Assembly (NCBI RefSeq): GCF_006345805.1
Contig: NC_042999.1
Span: 122,760,001-122,824,000, forward strand
Direction: 5' to 3'
DNA: 64,000 nucleotides
Source: Octopus sinensis
Taxonomy: Eukaryota
A model generated the notes under the pieces. It searched no databases. It was not told the DNA's origin and saw only the letters and a list, made by a program, of their open reading frames with translations. Below, one piece after another: positions 36,131-49,099 of this stretch. Each line of letters begins with the position of its first letter. The stretch's first letter is position 1. The position numbers were made by a program, and so were the translations under genes.

Positions 36131-39100
36131 AGGTATTACACTGTGAGAACCCGAGCTGTATAAGCCTCAAATACTTTCTGCTTTTTGACACAATTTCTAC
36201 TTAATATATTTAAGGATAAGTGCAAAGTTATCTTAAAGCCAAGTTGGGGCTAATATTTGTTTTAAAATGTTCTTTAAAATGCACTAAGCATTAATTTTTT
36301 TATTATCTACAGTTATGTTCTAATTCTGTATTATATCTATTTCCTAAATTTTACTTGGAGAAATTATTAAATTAGCTGCTGTTGGGTGAACTCTATATAA
36401 TGATATTTGAGGCCAACTGAATTCATAGCTCAAAGTTAAATAGATGTTTGAATATACCAAATAACCTGTAATATGTATACCAATACGGAGCTTAATTGGT
36501 TATTTAAAATGTATATATTTTACAGTGTCAGTGACTTAGATATGTTACAAAATGCTTTAATACATCTTAACATGTAACATAGTAATAATAAACATTAATA
36601 TAAGAGTGTATATGCATTTTAAAGGATTATGTGGCTCTATCAAAATACAACCGTTTTTATCATAGCATATAATCTCAGATTAAATGACTTGCTAAACAAA
36701 CACTCAATATATGAACCAAAAACATATCAGTAGTTCTAAAGAGCATCCAATCTAATTGGTTTGTATTACTACAACACCTTCACAACAAAAATAACAGGAC
36801 ACCATATTTTAACTTACTTTCTTTTATTAATGTTCAGTGAAAAATGATACAAGATACCAATGTCCTTCTCTCTTTCAAATTTTGCTTTTGATGGATCCAG
36901 GAAACTAGAATTTTGAGAGATGTGATAAATAAACACTCAATGTTTTTGCTAAAGCAACTTATGCAACAATCTTCAAACAGATAGCTTTGGGATCTTTTAT
37001 TGAATCAATAATAGCAAAACAAAAAAAAAAAAAATAAATAATAGAGAATCCCATTCGAAGGATCAGTTTTGTGTTTTCACTCTCAATAGATTTAAAAGAA
37101 ATTCACTGAAATATTAAAGGATTCAGCTGCTACTTTATTTACAATATGTGATGCTAAAAATATCATGGAAAAAAAGTTTTAAAAATTTATATTTTTATAG
37201 CAATATTTTATATTCATTGGAATTTAGATTTATTTTTATCTATTTTGTATCATTAACATATCTTTGCATGCATACACACACACACATACAAACATATTAC
37301 ATATATTCATACACATAGATACATACATGTTTATATGTATACAATCACATATGTATACAATCACATATGTGTGTGTTTATATTCCTAAAAATTTATATTT
37401 TCATAAAATTTTCATAGAATATATTTTGAGCTTCTGTAAAACTTTAGGGAAAAAATAGAACCTGAAGTTTGTATATATCAAAAGTATAATCTGGCTGACA
37501 GATTATTCAAAAGAAGTCGGTTAAAGCAAATGCTTTTTACTTGTAAGATATATTAACGATCCAGAATAGGTACAATGGCATTAGAATATAAAACAAATAT
37601 TCAATTTTGAAAAAAGAAACCTAATTTTAGCAAACTTGCTTCAAGAAGTAAAATTTGAGGTGGTTGTTTGTGTGTTTCCAATGTTTTAGTGAAAACTATT
37701 TTTTACTAATAATTTTATTAATGTTAATATATTATTAATATGACATCAAGGCTATTTTACTTCTAATTCTGACATATTCTTATTAAAGGAGCAATGATAT
37801 TAAACAATGTAGAATGAATACATATTCATGATATTGTATTTTGCTATTCTTAAGTATTTTGCTTTTCTTAATCATGTAGATATAGTCAAGAAGTAGGCTC
37901 TAAGCTTATATTCATTAAGTCTTGAAACTGTCCCAACTAATTACCTTGCATGCATGGGAACAGTTGTTGTTTATACCTAGAAGGTCTTAAACTTGTCCTA
38001 CATCACACAAAGCAAGTATTGGGTATGATCCAACAAATATTCCACTAACATTTTCTTCCTTTCAAGTAGTTGGTAAAATGTCTAAATACACTAATATCCT
38101 CTGGTCACAGATTGCATACAAGTAAAACGAAGCTTGAGCTTCAATTTAAATATAGTTTGTTCCTTTGCAAACTAAATCTATACCTGAATAAATCTAATAT
38201 AGGTTGTAGAAAGTTATATCTTACGTCATCTAATGAGATATCTCATTATTCTGAATTACAATTCTATAGTAGATTTACATTTTATTTATTTATACCCAAT
38301 AAAATAAGTACCAGTAATTTATAGATGCCGATCAGTAGAAACGTTTTTCTCCTTAAGAAATAAATATTTTTATTCCAAGAATAAAAATAGCTCTTACAGC
38401 AGTTTAGTTACAGTCTCAGTAAACTATATCATAAGTCAATAATTATGAAGCTACTTTTTATTGTTTGTAAATATTTTTCTTTTTTACTGAGGTGCCCAAA
38501 ATATATCTTCTGCATATACAATCATTTTATTTTCTTTAACAATCAGAAAATATTCATGTAGCATCTTTTGGTTTTCTGTCAACCATGATTAAGTTACCAA
38601 AGAAATAGAGTTTTATTAATTGTAGCAATCCATCATCTTAAAAATGGTCCTGAAGGATGTGAATTTGCAGTTATGTTCATTAAATTAATTTTCTTTTCAC
38701 AGTTCACTAACAATTTCCAAAAATAGAGTGTTCCACATATGAATTATTAGTTTCACTACTTTTAAAATTCAAATTTCTTTATTTATCATTTTTTGAAACA
38801 CAACACATAATTAATAGTCTAATGTTTATCTTTTAAATTTCAACCACTTTAACCTTAACAACATTCACTCTTTCCTCTGCTAAACTAATCTCTTTTAAAA
38901 TCCTAATAAGAATCACTCAAGCTACATTAATGTAAATTTGAAGAAACTGAAGTTTATCAATGTTTTGTGAGAGAATTGGGAGTCTAATGAAAATATACGG
39001 TGTTGAAAACTTATTTTATTTTGAAAGATTCCAAACAAATTTAAAGTTTGTTTGGAATATTTCAAAATAGAGGTATGCCTTCAGCAAACTTACTAAGCAA

Positions 39101-40426
39101 GATAGTACAGTTCATAGTAGATATCTATGACATCAGCTCATAACTGAAATTGGAAGAGCTGTAATATAAGATGAATGGGATACAGGAGTTGATTTTTTAA
39201 TGTCCACACTATTAGCATACACCTATTCCAGTTGTGTCAAAGCCCTTGAAATGTTTATAAATAGTGGAAGAGCATTATGTTAAAAATGCAAGGAATATAA
39301 TTCCTCTTAAAGTGTTAATTCTGTTCATTGTATACTATCAACTAGAATTCAGCTGTTTTGTATACATCAACAAAGTATCTCAAAATTCTTATATATACAC
39401 TTAAAAGAACATTTGCCTGCAGTATACCATCTCAATCAAACAGGGTTGAGTCATTCCAAGCAAAACTAAAGCTAACACCCCAGTTGTGATATATAATAAT
39501 TTTGTCATCTCTCATCAGAAAGAAGCAGGAATGCCTTTTCATAAGGAGTGAAATCAAATGTTGACTCCCTTGAGAGTTTGAAGCAATTATTGAGAATCGT
39601 GATCAATTGAAAAGTGCTGCCCATTTAATATCAACCAAACCTTCCAGAACAAATATCCCTAAATTCTAAAAAGCTCAGCAAAGTCTTACACTTCTGAAAT
39701 GAAATAACAGAAGAAAGCTGAAAACAAAACAGATGTGATTGTACCTGCAGCTGCAAACAAGCAATCCTCTCTGTCATGGCAAACTACCAATGAAATTATA
39801 GGTTGGAAAAGAATAAGTCAAAACTAAGAGTCACAAGCCTATTTGAATAACTGAACAATTTGAAGAGACATTTATAGAATTTTCTTGGTAATACCCCTGC
39901 AATTTCAAATACACCCATAGAAATAGCTATTAATCATAATTTTCATCTCAACCTCTGTGGTTTCACATTAAATGAACTTGTTGAAAAACTGAAACAGAAG
40001 AAAAACAGGAAAACAGCTGGCCTTCGTGATATATCACCAGAAGTTTAGAAGGCAGAGATATTTAATGTTACTCTTCTTCAATTTTGTAATATTGTATACA
40101 GTCAGAACCCAAATGGGATATGAACTGAAGGTTGAATTCACTCATTACCCAAGAAATCTTATCTATATGAAGTTAAAAATTATAGAGAGATTGCCATCAC
40201 GGTGAAAGCAACAAAAATCTACTTTATATTGTTACTGAATCATACATAAGCAAAACCTAAGAAGGCTTTATGAAAATTATTTTATATTATTTGCAGTTTA
40301 CAGATATTTGTCCTCATTTTGTTTGTTGTTAACACAACATTTTGGCTAATATACCCTCCAGCCTTCATCAGGTGTCTTGGGGAAATTTCGAACCTGGGCT
40401 CTCATTCCTAAGGTATTTTTCAATGC

Positions 40427-40483
<57 letters not shown>

Positions 40484-40559
40484 TCAGGTCACTGTCTGGA
40501 ATCGAACTTGGAATCTTGGGGTTAGTAGCCCATGCTCTTAACCACTACACCATATGCCC
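40484..40559 (-). promoter_or_regulatory. tRNA-derived Pol III internal promoter (A and B boxes) within the foldback element
   Basis: Minus strand GGGCATA-TGGTGTAGTGG-ttaagagcatgggCTACTAAcccc..aGTTCGATTCC..gtgacc: A box, anticodon-like arm, B box. Confidence 0.7.
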
Positions 40560-40703
40560 ACAGGCATTTGGTTAAGAGCATGGGCTACTAACCCCAAGAT
40601 TCCAAGTTCAATTCCAGACAGTGACCTGAATAATGATAATAATAATAATAACAGCATCAAAAAATACCTTAGCAATGAGAACCCAGGTTCAAAATTTCCC
40701 CAA

Positions 40704-40749
40704 GACATCTGATGAAGGCTGGAGGGTATATCAGCCAAAATGTTGTGTT
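40704..40749 (+). ncRNA. Decayed type I hammerhead (mirror copy at 40331-40376 on the minus strand)
   Basis: GACAT-CTGATGA-A-GGCTG-gagggtatat-CAGCC-AAAA-TGTT-GTGTT. Restoring two CpGs gives the canonical GAAAC-GTT core with palindromic stem III. Confidence 0.6.
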
Positions 40750-43424
40750 AACAACAAACAAGATGAGGACAAATATCCGTCAATTGTAAATAATGTAAAT
40801 AATTCCTCATCTCTTAAATATAGAACTGCCTTATGAAAAAAGAAAATGGTTTCAAGAAAAATCCCAGTTCTCCTACTTCTGTTGGAATTCTCAAAAGTTT
40901 CCAATTCTTCTCACTAAAGCAAAATGGAGTAAATTCTTCTTACAATACGAGTAGCAGCTGCAATAAGACACTAAGTTCTTTGACACTAATTCAAGAGGCT
41001 TGCAGATTTAACAAAATCTGTCTCCCCTCATCACCTAGCTATAACAACAAGCATAGAAGTGACCACTCTTCTTTATGACCTTGAAAACAAAGCAGCAGAT
41101 ATTTGTCATTATTTCAATATCTCAAAGACTCAACACTTTTGCTACAATCAGGAGGATTAATAAGAGCAATCACACAAAGCCCTCTAAAACCTGTATACTT
41201 AAGAAGTAACATCACATGCACAGAAAATGGAAAAATCCATCTTGTGAATGCATGAGTTGTTTTTGATGGTCCCACTGACATCTGAAACTCTTCTGTCTCT
41301 ACCTAATGATCTTCTGTATCACTGTGGTGTCAGAGCGATTGTACCTTTTCACTGCTTTGACACTCACCAAACACTAGGAGAGAAACATGCATTTCATTGG
41401 ACATTGCTTGAAAGTTAAGCAAAAGCTCATTAGCAGTGTACTTCTATGAATGCCTGGACATGGTCAGTCTTCCAGTAAACGTCTTCATTAACCAATTCTG
41501 TACAGACATGGGATATTGCTTGCTATCCTCTCAAATGTTATGCATAATTATAATGATGGCATGACAAAACTGCACAACTTCAACTAGATGTAGTTGATCC
41601 AGCAAACTGCACCTAGAGATTAATTTCCTTTGACATTTGAATCCATTGTAATTCACTAATATTACTAATGCACTATAAATATAGGGCCTTGTTGTGAGTA
41701 GAACGATATCAATACTGTCCATTTCTAATAGGCATGCACTTAAGAAATTCTTTTTATAACATCATTTTGTGTTTGAATCTGATGAATCCAGTAAAATGTT
41801 TCTTCTAAAACTGACCATAGTCATAAATAGAACTTATGGAACATAGTTGATTTGCTAATAAACTTTGTATATTTCAATCCCCTCTTCTGTTTTACCACAA
41901 TTTCATTATTATCTTCATTACTTCGTCTACCAGCTTCAGTTCTTCCAAGATTTAAATTGATTATATACAACAAAATATGTCTTAATTTCCTCAACACCAT
42001 ATATAGCATTCTAATTCATTAAATTTCACAAAGTTTTTAGCTTTATTCTCATTTTCTACACACTGCAATCAGAAGTTTATATTTCATAGGGAATCTACTG
42101 TCTTCGTTTTATATAATGTACATTTCTGCTTGAATTATGTTTTGGTAGGATAGTCTGCTTGGCTGGCTATTGTGGTTTAAGCCAGTAAATATGTAGACTG
42201 GAGACATGAAGCAAAAGTCTGATGAGAGAAATTGTGTGCTCCTTAAGAAATAATATAAATTCTAAATCTTAATAAATGGAGAAATAATAAAGCTGCAGAT
42301 GTTTCCTCTTAAATTCATTATCAAAGTAAAGGAAATGAAAACACTTCAACTAAAAAATCAAAAGATTGTGGCAGACTTAGCTTATCAAGAAAATAATATT
42401 CATTTTTCACATAGGCACAAGCCTTCACAATTACATTCAGCAAAACTATGACAGTGTTTGATGTTTCTACCTTTTTTGAAAAACATATTTGCATTATAAG
42501 TGATGTGAAATGGCTGCAACCAGGGTCTAACTCTTGATATATTCGACTCAGAGGAAGAATAAAAGCAAAAACTGAATTATAATAAATCACTTTTCCTCAA
42601 TACATCATTTTTGGCTTGAAGCAGCGGCTTGATACTGACAATGATAAAAACTTTGTGAAGGATATATTTATTTTCACATTAACCATTAAGAGTAGCATTA
42701 GTTGCAGCAAAAACATCAGTAGTTTTACATTGTTTTCCATTTACTTGAGACACAAACTAGAACTGTAGTCATAGCATCAGACACAGAATTTTCCACTCAT
42801 AAGTTCAGGTCCTGACAATAAGATTACAACAGTTTTGTCCCCCAAATTCTTCCATTTTGCTATGTCTTTTTTTTTTTGTCACATGTTATCATGTATATAA
42901 ATGGTCAGTAGGGGAAAAGATTGACATTGAATATGCAACATTTTAATTTTGCATAAATATAGACTAGTGTCAGCACACTTGTCTTGGATGGGATTTAGTA
43001 TGAAGCATAATCTCCTTTGATCAGTGCATCAAGTCATACACATCCAATCTACAGATAACTGTTCACTACAGTGACATTCCAAAGATTTACCCTCTTTTAC
43101 TCATTTTTCTATCTACTTAGAAGCAGGTGTACAAATTTTTTAATATTTTAGATAAGTCAACAATTATAAAGAATATATTTTATTGTCTTCATAAGAAGAA
43201 TGAATAATAAGAAAAATAAGCCAAATAAATTTTTTATAAGTTTTACAACCATTTATATAATAGCTAGGTTTCTCAATTAAATGTTTGCTAAATAGCAAAC
43301 TACTTGCAAAGAAGTCTTAAAACTGCTTCGAAGACAATGTCATTTTAATTTTGATATCTTTTAACAAGAGAAACATTAAAAATAGTCAACACTGTTTTAT
43401 TTAATTATATATTTATCCTCCTCC

Positions 43425-43690
43425 TCATCATCATCATTTAACGTCTTCTGTCCATGCTCATATGGGTTGGATGATTTGACAGGTGTGCCAGAAGACTGAA
43501 CTGAAATCCAGTGTCAGCTTTGGCATAGTTTCTATGCCTTCCTAATGCCAAACACTTTACAATGAGTATTAGGTCCATTTTTCAGGCTAGTGAGGTTGCC
43601 AAGTAACTTGTATTTCAAGGAAAGAAAAAAAACCCTTGACCGAGTGTGTGTGGGGGATATTCGAGCGAGTGAGGTGGCTTTATGCCAAGT
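43425..43690 (-). mobile_element. Retroposon family D, diverged 3' part
   Basis: (CAT)n followed by ttaacgtc..tccatgct..atgggttgga...ccttcctaatgccaa, similar to the 47415 copy. Confidence 0.7.
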
Positions 43691-43869
43691 TTCAATTTTT
43701 ATTCACTAGTAAAGGTTTCTTTGTATATCCTTTCCTTGGACTGTCTCCCTGTTGTCAGATGGCAAAGTCAATTATTGTTCATAATCATGGATATCCACCA
43801 ATGGCTGATTAGTTTTATTGATACCAACTGAGTCGACAATTGATTAGTCATTTAAGTGAATGAAATATT

Positions 43870-44085
43870 GATTTCAAATTTTGGCATGCAGCCAGCAAGT
43901 TTGGGGAGGTGGGGCTTGTCGGTTACATCGACCCCAGTATTCAATTAATGTTTATTTTATAGACCATGAAAAATTGAAAGGCAAAGTTAACCTTGGCAGA
44001 ATTTGAACCCAAAACATGAAGACGAATGAAATGTCATTAAGCATTTTGTTTGTCATGCTAACAATTCTGCTAGCTCACTACCTAA
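43870..44085 (-). mobile_element. SINE family C
   Basis: Antisense family C sequence; 13-bp TSD tgaatgaaatatt (43857-43869 / 44089-44101). Confidence 0.85.
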
Positions 44086-47000
44086 GAATGAATGAAATAT
44101 TAATAAGTGTTTATACAGATATGATAAAATGTTATTGTCTATAATCTGTATAACATCTGGGACTGATAAAAGAGACAGATGTGATGGAATGTTTTATTCT
44201 TCCTTATTGCCAATAATGAAATCGTTTATCCTATCAGAAGATAGTAATGCAGATTATGTTTTCTATACCTCAAATTTGCTTCAATACATAATGACTGGAG
44301 TTTATTAATAAAGTAACTGATGAGGATTCAAAAGAATAATTACCTTCAATATGTAGAAAGATAATTTAATTAAATGTTAATCTAATATCAATAAGAATAA
44401 ATATTTTTAAAATGATTGAAATAAATTGCTTCTGTTAGTTTTTTACTTATACATTTGAAATTTTCAGTGTATAAACATAAATCTTATTCTACTTCAACAT
44501 CATCTCAGAAATTTAGATCAGTTATATGCTAAAAGTGATGTCTGTTGAAAACTTCTGGCTTTATCTTTTTTTGGCAATAGTTTCTTTTTTGTGTTACAGA
44601 TAGCTGTCTTACAGCAAATTCATGCAAATATTGTTTTTATATAAAATATTACTTGTAGATATTTCCTGCTTTGATTATTACCCCATTCAAGCAAATAATC
44701 CTTTGTGAGCTACTATTACAGACATTTACAACAAGCATACAGAAGTTGAAAGAAAATTTAGGAGTAAATATTTACAAAATTATATCTGACCTTATGACTG
44801 TCTTTTAACAAAACATCTAACATTTCATCCAAACTCACGTATTCTTCCGATAACCCAAAGAGAAGCCTAGATTTTTAACAATGAGGTGTTTGTACTAAAT
44901 ATTTTGAAGTTGCTTTCAAACAGAAGAATAACAAATATTTCTGCATCTTATTTAGTTATTTACTTTGAAAATTTGCTCAGGATCTGTATGCATTTAACAG
45001 TAGGTTGTGATGCCTTAAGGCAACAAACTCTATAACATATTCACATCTGAGTGCGTTTATCTCTACTCAGAATAGCCAAAAGCTATTCTTTTTTACATTC
45101 ATTCGAATTGAATTTTTTTTATCATTTTGAAAACCAACCTGCAATTACTGTTGTATATATATATTTTTAAATCCTAAGATAGAATTTGATTGAGACATGT
45201 TCTACACTTCTGGCTTCTTTTTTACATACTTTTTTCTTTTACCTTTTCTTCTTGCATTTCTCTTCTATGGCTTCCTTCTTAATTTTCTCTATTTTTAATT
45301 TTTGTATTTGAATATCCTTTCATTGCTAAATATATCATTTCATCAAATCAAAGTTTGTAAAATGACACACATAACATTCGAAAATAATCCTGAAAATATT
45401 GCATGGCAGAATCTGCAAGAGATTCACAAGGAATAAATAAATAAATAACAATCAGTTATGCACAAATAAAGTAAGAAATATACTATTTTTGAACTAAACC
45501 TATTTCTGGCTTACTTCTGATATTTGTTGAAGTATAAACTTTATCAGAGAATATTCTAGTTTTATCTTCTAATACTAAACTATTTTCACTGTTGTTTTAC
45601 CAACTAAAAATCATTTTTATTTCAAAAAGTTATTTTGAAAAGTAAAACTGATGAGAAATAGTATGACCCTTAACCTTATATGTATAAGTATGCTGTGTGT
45701 ATAAATTATTAAACAATGAATTACCATACTTGAAAATAATGTACATTGCAGACGATCAATATTTTTATCTTAGAATTACATTATCAGAGAATTGTTACTT
45801 CTACAGAATGTAGCCATAAGACACATATGACTTTAAACATTGTGGAAAGTATAATTACTACTATGGTACTCATACAAATCAAATACCATCATGAAATGTG
45901 TAATGATTTTAAGACATCTTTGAAATAATTCCTATTTATAGTTGGTGAATTACAAATAGAATACTACCTTTACTAAGTGTATTCTTTTCAATTAATTACT
46001 TTTATAGATTAGAGGGAAACTTAGTTCCAGATCTGTCATACTTGTGGAAACCTTAAACAAGGAGTCATTAAACTAAAGCATATTTTAGTGTTAATGAGAA
46101 ACCTTAAACTCTGACTTGGACAAAAATTTTTGAAGTTTGTAGACACCTTAAAGATTGACCTCTTGGCTTTGTTACAGCATTTGGTGATAAAGGGAATCTT
46201 TAAGTGCTAAAATATTGACATGGTAGTAAATCATCTGCTGTAACTGAAAGGCATGAGATGTTTATTGCATATATTTCTTCCACTGAAATTCTACGTTACA
46301 GTCATTTATCAGAAAATCAAAGAAAATCATTTAAAGTTCTAACTAAATTTGAACATTTTAAAATTGTTCACCCCTGTAAATAAATTGAGAAGTTTTACAT
46401 GTGGAATTAGTATTTGTCTTGGTGTCTAGTTTGATATTAATAATCTATATCGCAATTCTACACATTGTTTTATAGAAAGATAAGCAAAACAATAAATTAC
46501 AATGAAAAAATTTTTCTACAGTAAAATGACTAAAAAATATCAAGTCAGCTCCTTTATGTTTAAGAAAAAAATACAGCTGGCAAATTATGTATAATTTGCA
46601 ATAGCAGCTTGATGGAAGTTAGTTTTTAACATACTGTGTATTTTCCTAAATCTGCTTTGAAGATAATGAAATGTCTACCACCTGCAAACATTAATCACTG
46701 CAAAATGATTCATAATTGAATAATTATTTTACAAGAAAGTACATCAATGCTCTCTTATATTACATTTACTCCTCTAAGCTGTGTTACAGATACAAAACTA
46801 TATTTTATTTATATATTTCTAAAAACTGTTCACAATTGTAATTGCCAAATAAACAGAATATCTTACTATTTTGCCTCAGTGCCATCACTTCAGCATAGAG
46901 TTTGATTTATTTTCTCTTTAATTTTTTACATTTCTTTTACAAGAAGTAGACCATGTATGATTTTAAGCTAAAACTAGGTGGAAGAATAGACAAGTTTGAC

Positions 47001-47414
47001 TTGTCTTTTATATAAAACATGAAACATATACGTTTTCATGTATTACTTTACCTGTTCCTTGTCAATCTCAGCTTCATATAACTTGTCTTACTAGGTCACA
47101 ACTGATATTATTATTTCAACAAATTGCAAAGCTGAAGTTTCTTTACTCAGTTTTAGGATTTATAAAAATATTTTTTCAAATTTAAAAATGTTAATTGATG
47201 CAAGTAGAAGGAGGAAGACAAAAGAAAACTGGAAAACAGGTGATGAGGTCTAACCTCAGAATTCTGAACTCCACAGAGGAGACAACAAATGAGGCAGTAG
47301 TCAGATAGATACTCTGTTAAACCTGATCTATCCAAATTATACCAGCATGAAAAATTTGATGTTTATGGTGTAATCCCACATCTACTTAGTTTATTTATTC
47401 CTTACTTTCCATTA

Positions 47415-47915
47415 ATCATCATCATTGTTTAACGTCCGCTTTCCATGCTAGCATGGGTTGGACTATTTGACTGAGGTCAGGTGAACCAGATGGCTGCACC
47501 AGGCTCCAATCTGATCTGGCAGAATTTCTACAGCTGGATGCCCTTCCTAACGCCAACCACTCTGAGAGTGTAGTGGGTGCTTTTATGTATCACTGGCATG
47601 AGGGCCAGTCAGGAGGTACTGGCCCATGTTCAAATGGTGCTTTTTATGTGCCACCTGCACAGGAGCCAGTCCAGCGGTACTGGCAACGACCTTGCTTGAA
47701 TGTTTTTTCACGTGCCACCAGCACAAGTACCAGTAAGGCGATGCAGGTAACTATCACGCTGGAATGGTGCTGTTTATGTGCCACCAGCATGGAAGCCAGT
47801 TTGTTGCTCTCACAACAATCACACTCAGCTGGTACTCTTAGCACTCCACTAGCATGGATGCTAGTCATTGAATTTGATTTCGATTTCAATTGCCTCAACA
47901 GGTCTTCACAAGCAG
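47415..47915 (-). mobile_element. Retroposon family D with internal repeated units
   Basis: (CAT)n tail, ctggatgcccttcctaacgccaaccactc motif, and about four repeats of ggtgct(g)tttatgtgccacc.gca. Confidence 0.8.
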
Positions 47916-47954
47916 AGACCAAATTAGATATTTTTCTATGTCAAATCTTTGATC

Positions 47955-48118
47955 TATGTGTGTTGTTTCATTCACTATTAGTGGTTCAGCTAAAAAGACT
48001 GATAGAATAAGTACTTGGCTTCAAAACAAATAGTACTGGAGGTGATTCATCCAACTAAAAATTTCTCAAGGTGATGCCCCAGCATGGCCACAGTTTAATG
48101 ACTGAAACAAATAAAAGG
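47955..48118 (+). mobile_element. SINE family A tail fragment
   Basis: gactgatagaataagtac...ccagcatggccacagt..aatgactgaaaca. Confidence 0.75.
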
Positions 48119-49099
48119 AAACAGATAAAGGATACACACACACACTCACTTATACAACACCTAGATGACTAAATATACTTAAATATAAAATTTATTTGAT
48201 GATATATTCTGTTGCACTATTTAGCAACTTCAACAGTTATTAATTTACCTCAATGAAAATCTACTATACTTCCAAAATGTTCATAAATTATTTCATAGAA
48301 ATGTTTTATTGGTTGAAGAAATAAATTAAAGTTTCTTTCTTTATAAAATAACAAATGTATCATCTATCTTCACAATTACTTTTATATTATTAAAACCCAA
48401 AACAGTGAATGAGCTACTTGGGAAGCTTAACTAATATGATTCTCAAGGTCTTTGACTCACAGAATAAATATGAAACTCAAGGTTTAATTATGAATCTTAA
48501 ATGCAAACGGCTTAACTTTTGACCTTTCTTCCATAATATTTTCAAACACGCAGTTACACTAAAAGTAAATATTACATCTCTGCTTCATATGGTCACAACA
48601 GATCAGTGGAAGATAAAATAATAGTCACTCAGCAAAAAGTCATGTATATGCTTTATATTTCAATACACACTAATATATTGCCCTCTTCTTTGTAGTTGAA
48701 GCTAGAGTTTCAGGGAGTGGGGCACAAGTACTGCTTTCCTCCCCTCAATTTTCCAAAATTCGGGCAGTGTCTTTAAGTTTGGTCCATTTGTCTTCAGAGT
48801 AAAGGCTGTATAGCTTCTCTGTGAAAACTATTCTTGTGAAAGATGCGTTGCTTCTATTTCTGTTGCTGGTTGTTTTATTGTCTTTTGTTCTGCAACTGTT
48901 GTTTTCACTGCGATTTTCAATATCATTGTTGTGGGTGTTGCTCAAGTTATAATATTGTTAAAAACTTAGCATTTCAGTTCACAAATTTGTCTTCACCATT
49001 CTTGTTGTTATTGTTGCAGTTGTAGCTACCGCGTTCATTCAACAGATTACATAGGCCAATTTTGGCATCTGTGCAACTGCTACCACTACTTGACATGTT

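Larger units (their letters stand above)
40277..40827. mobile_element. Foldback element with tRNA-like head and hammerhead relic in each arm
   Basis: Arms about 40277-40544 and 40569-40802, ~25-nt one-sided tail, 12-bp TSD gc(t/c)ttatgaaaa (40265-40276 / 40828-40839). Confidence 0.88.
39060..41520 (+). mobile_element. Decayed RTE-X-like LINE, interrupted by the foldback element 40277-40827
   Basis: KNRKTAGLRDISPEV*K...LLQFCNIVYSQN...LPKKSYL..KNYREIAIT..ATKIY...LLN, continuing after the insert as KENGFKKN; later SNITCTE...NA* and a GRP-like terminal region. Confidence 0.75.

Noticed and set aside
48745-48945. Asn/Ser-rich minus-strand ORF
   Set aside because: Low complexity, adjacent to a decayed LINE, no recognisable domain or splice context.
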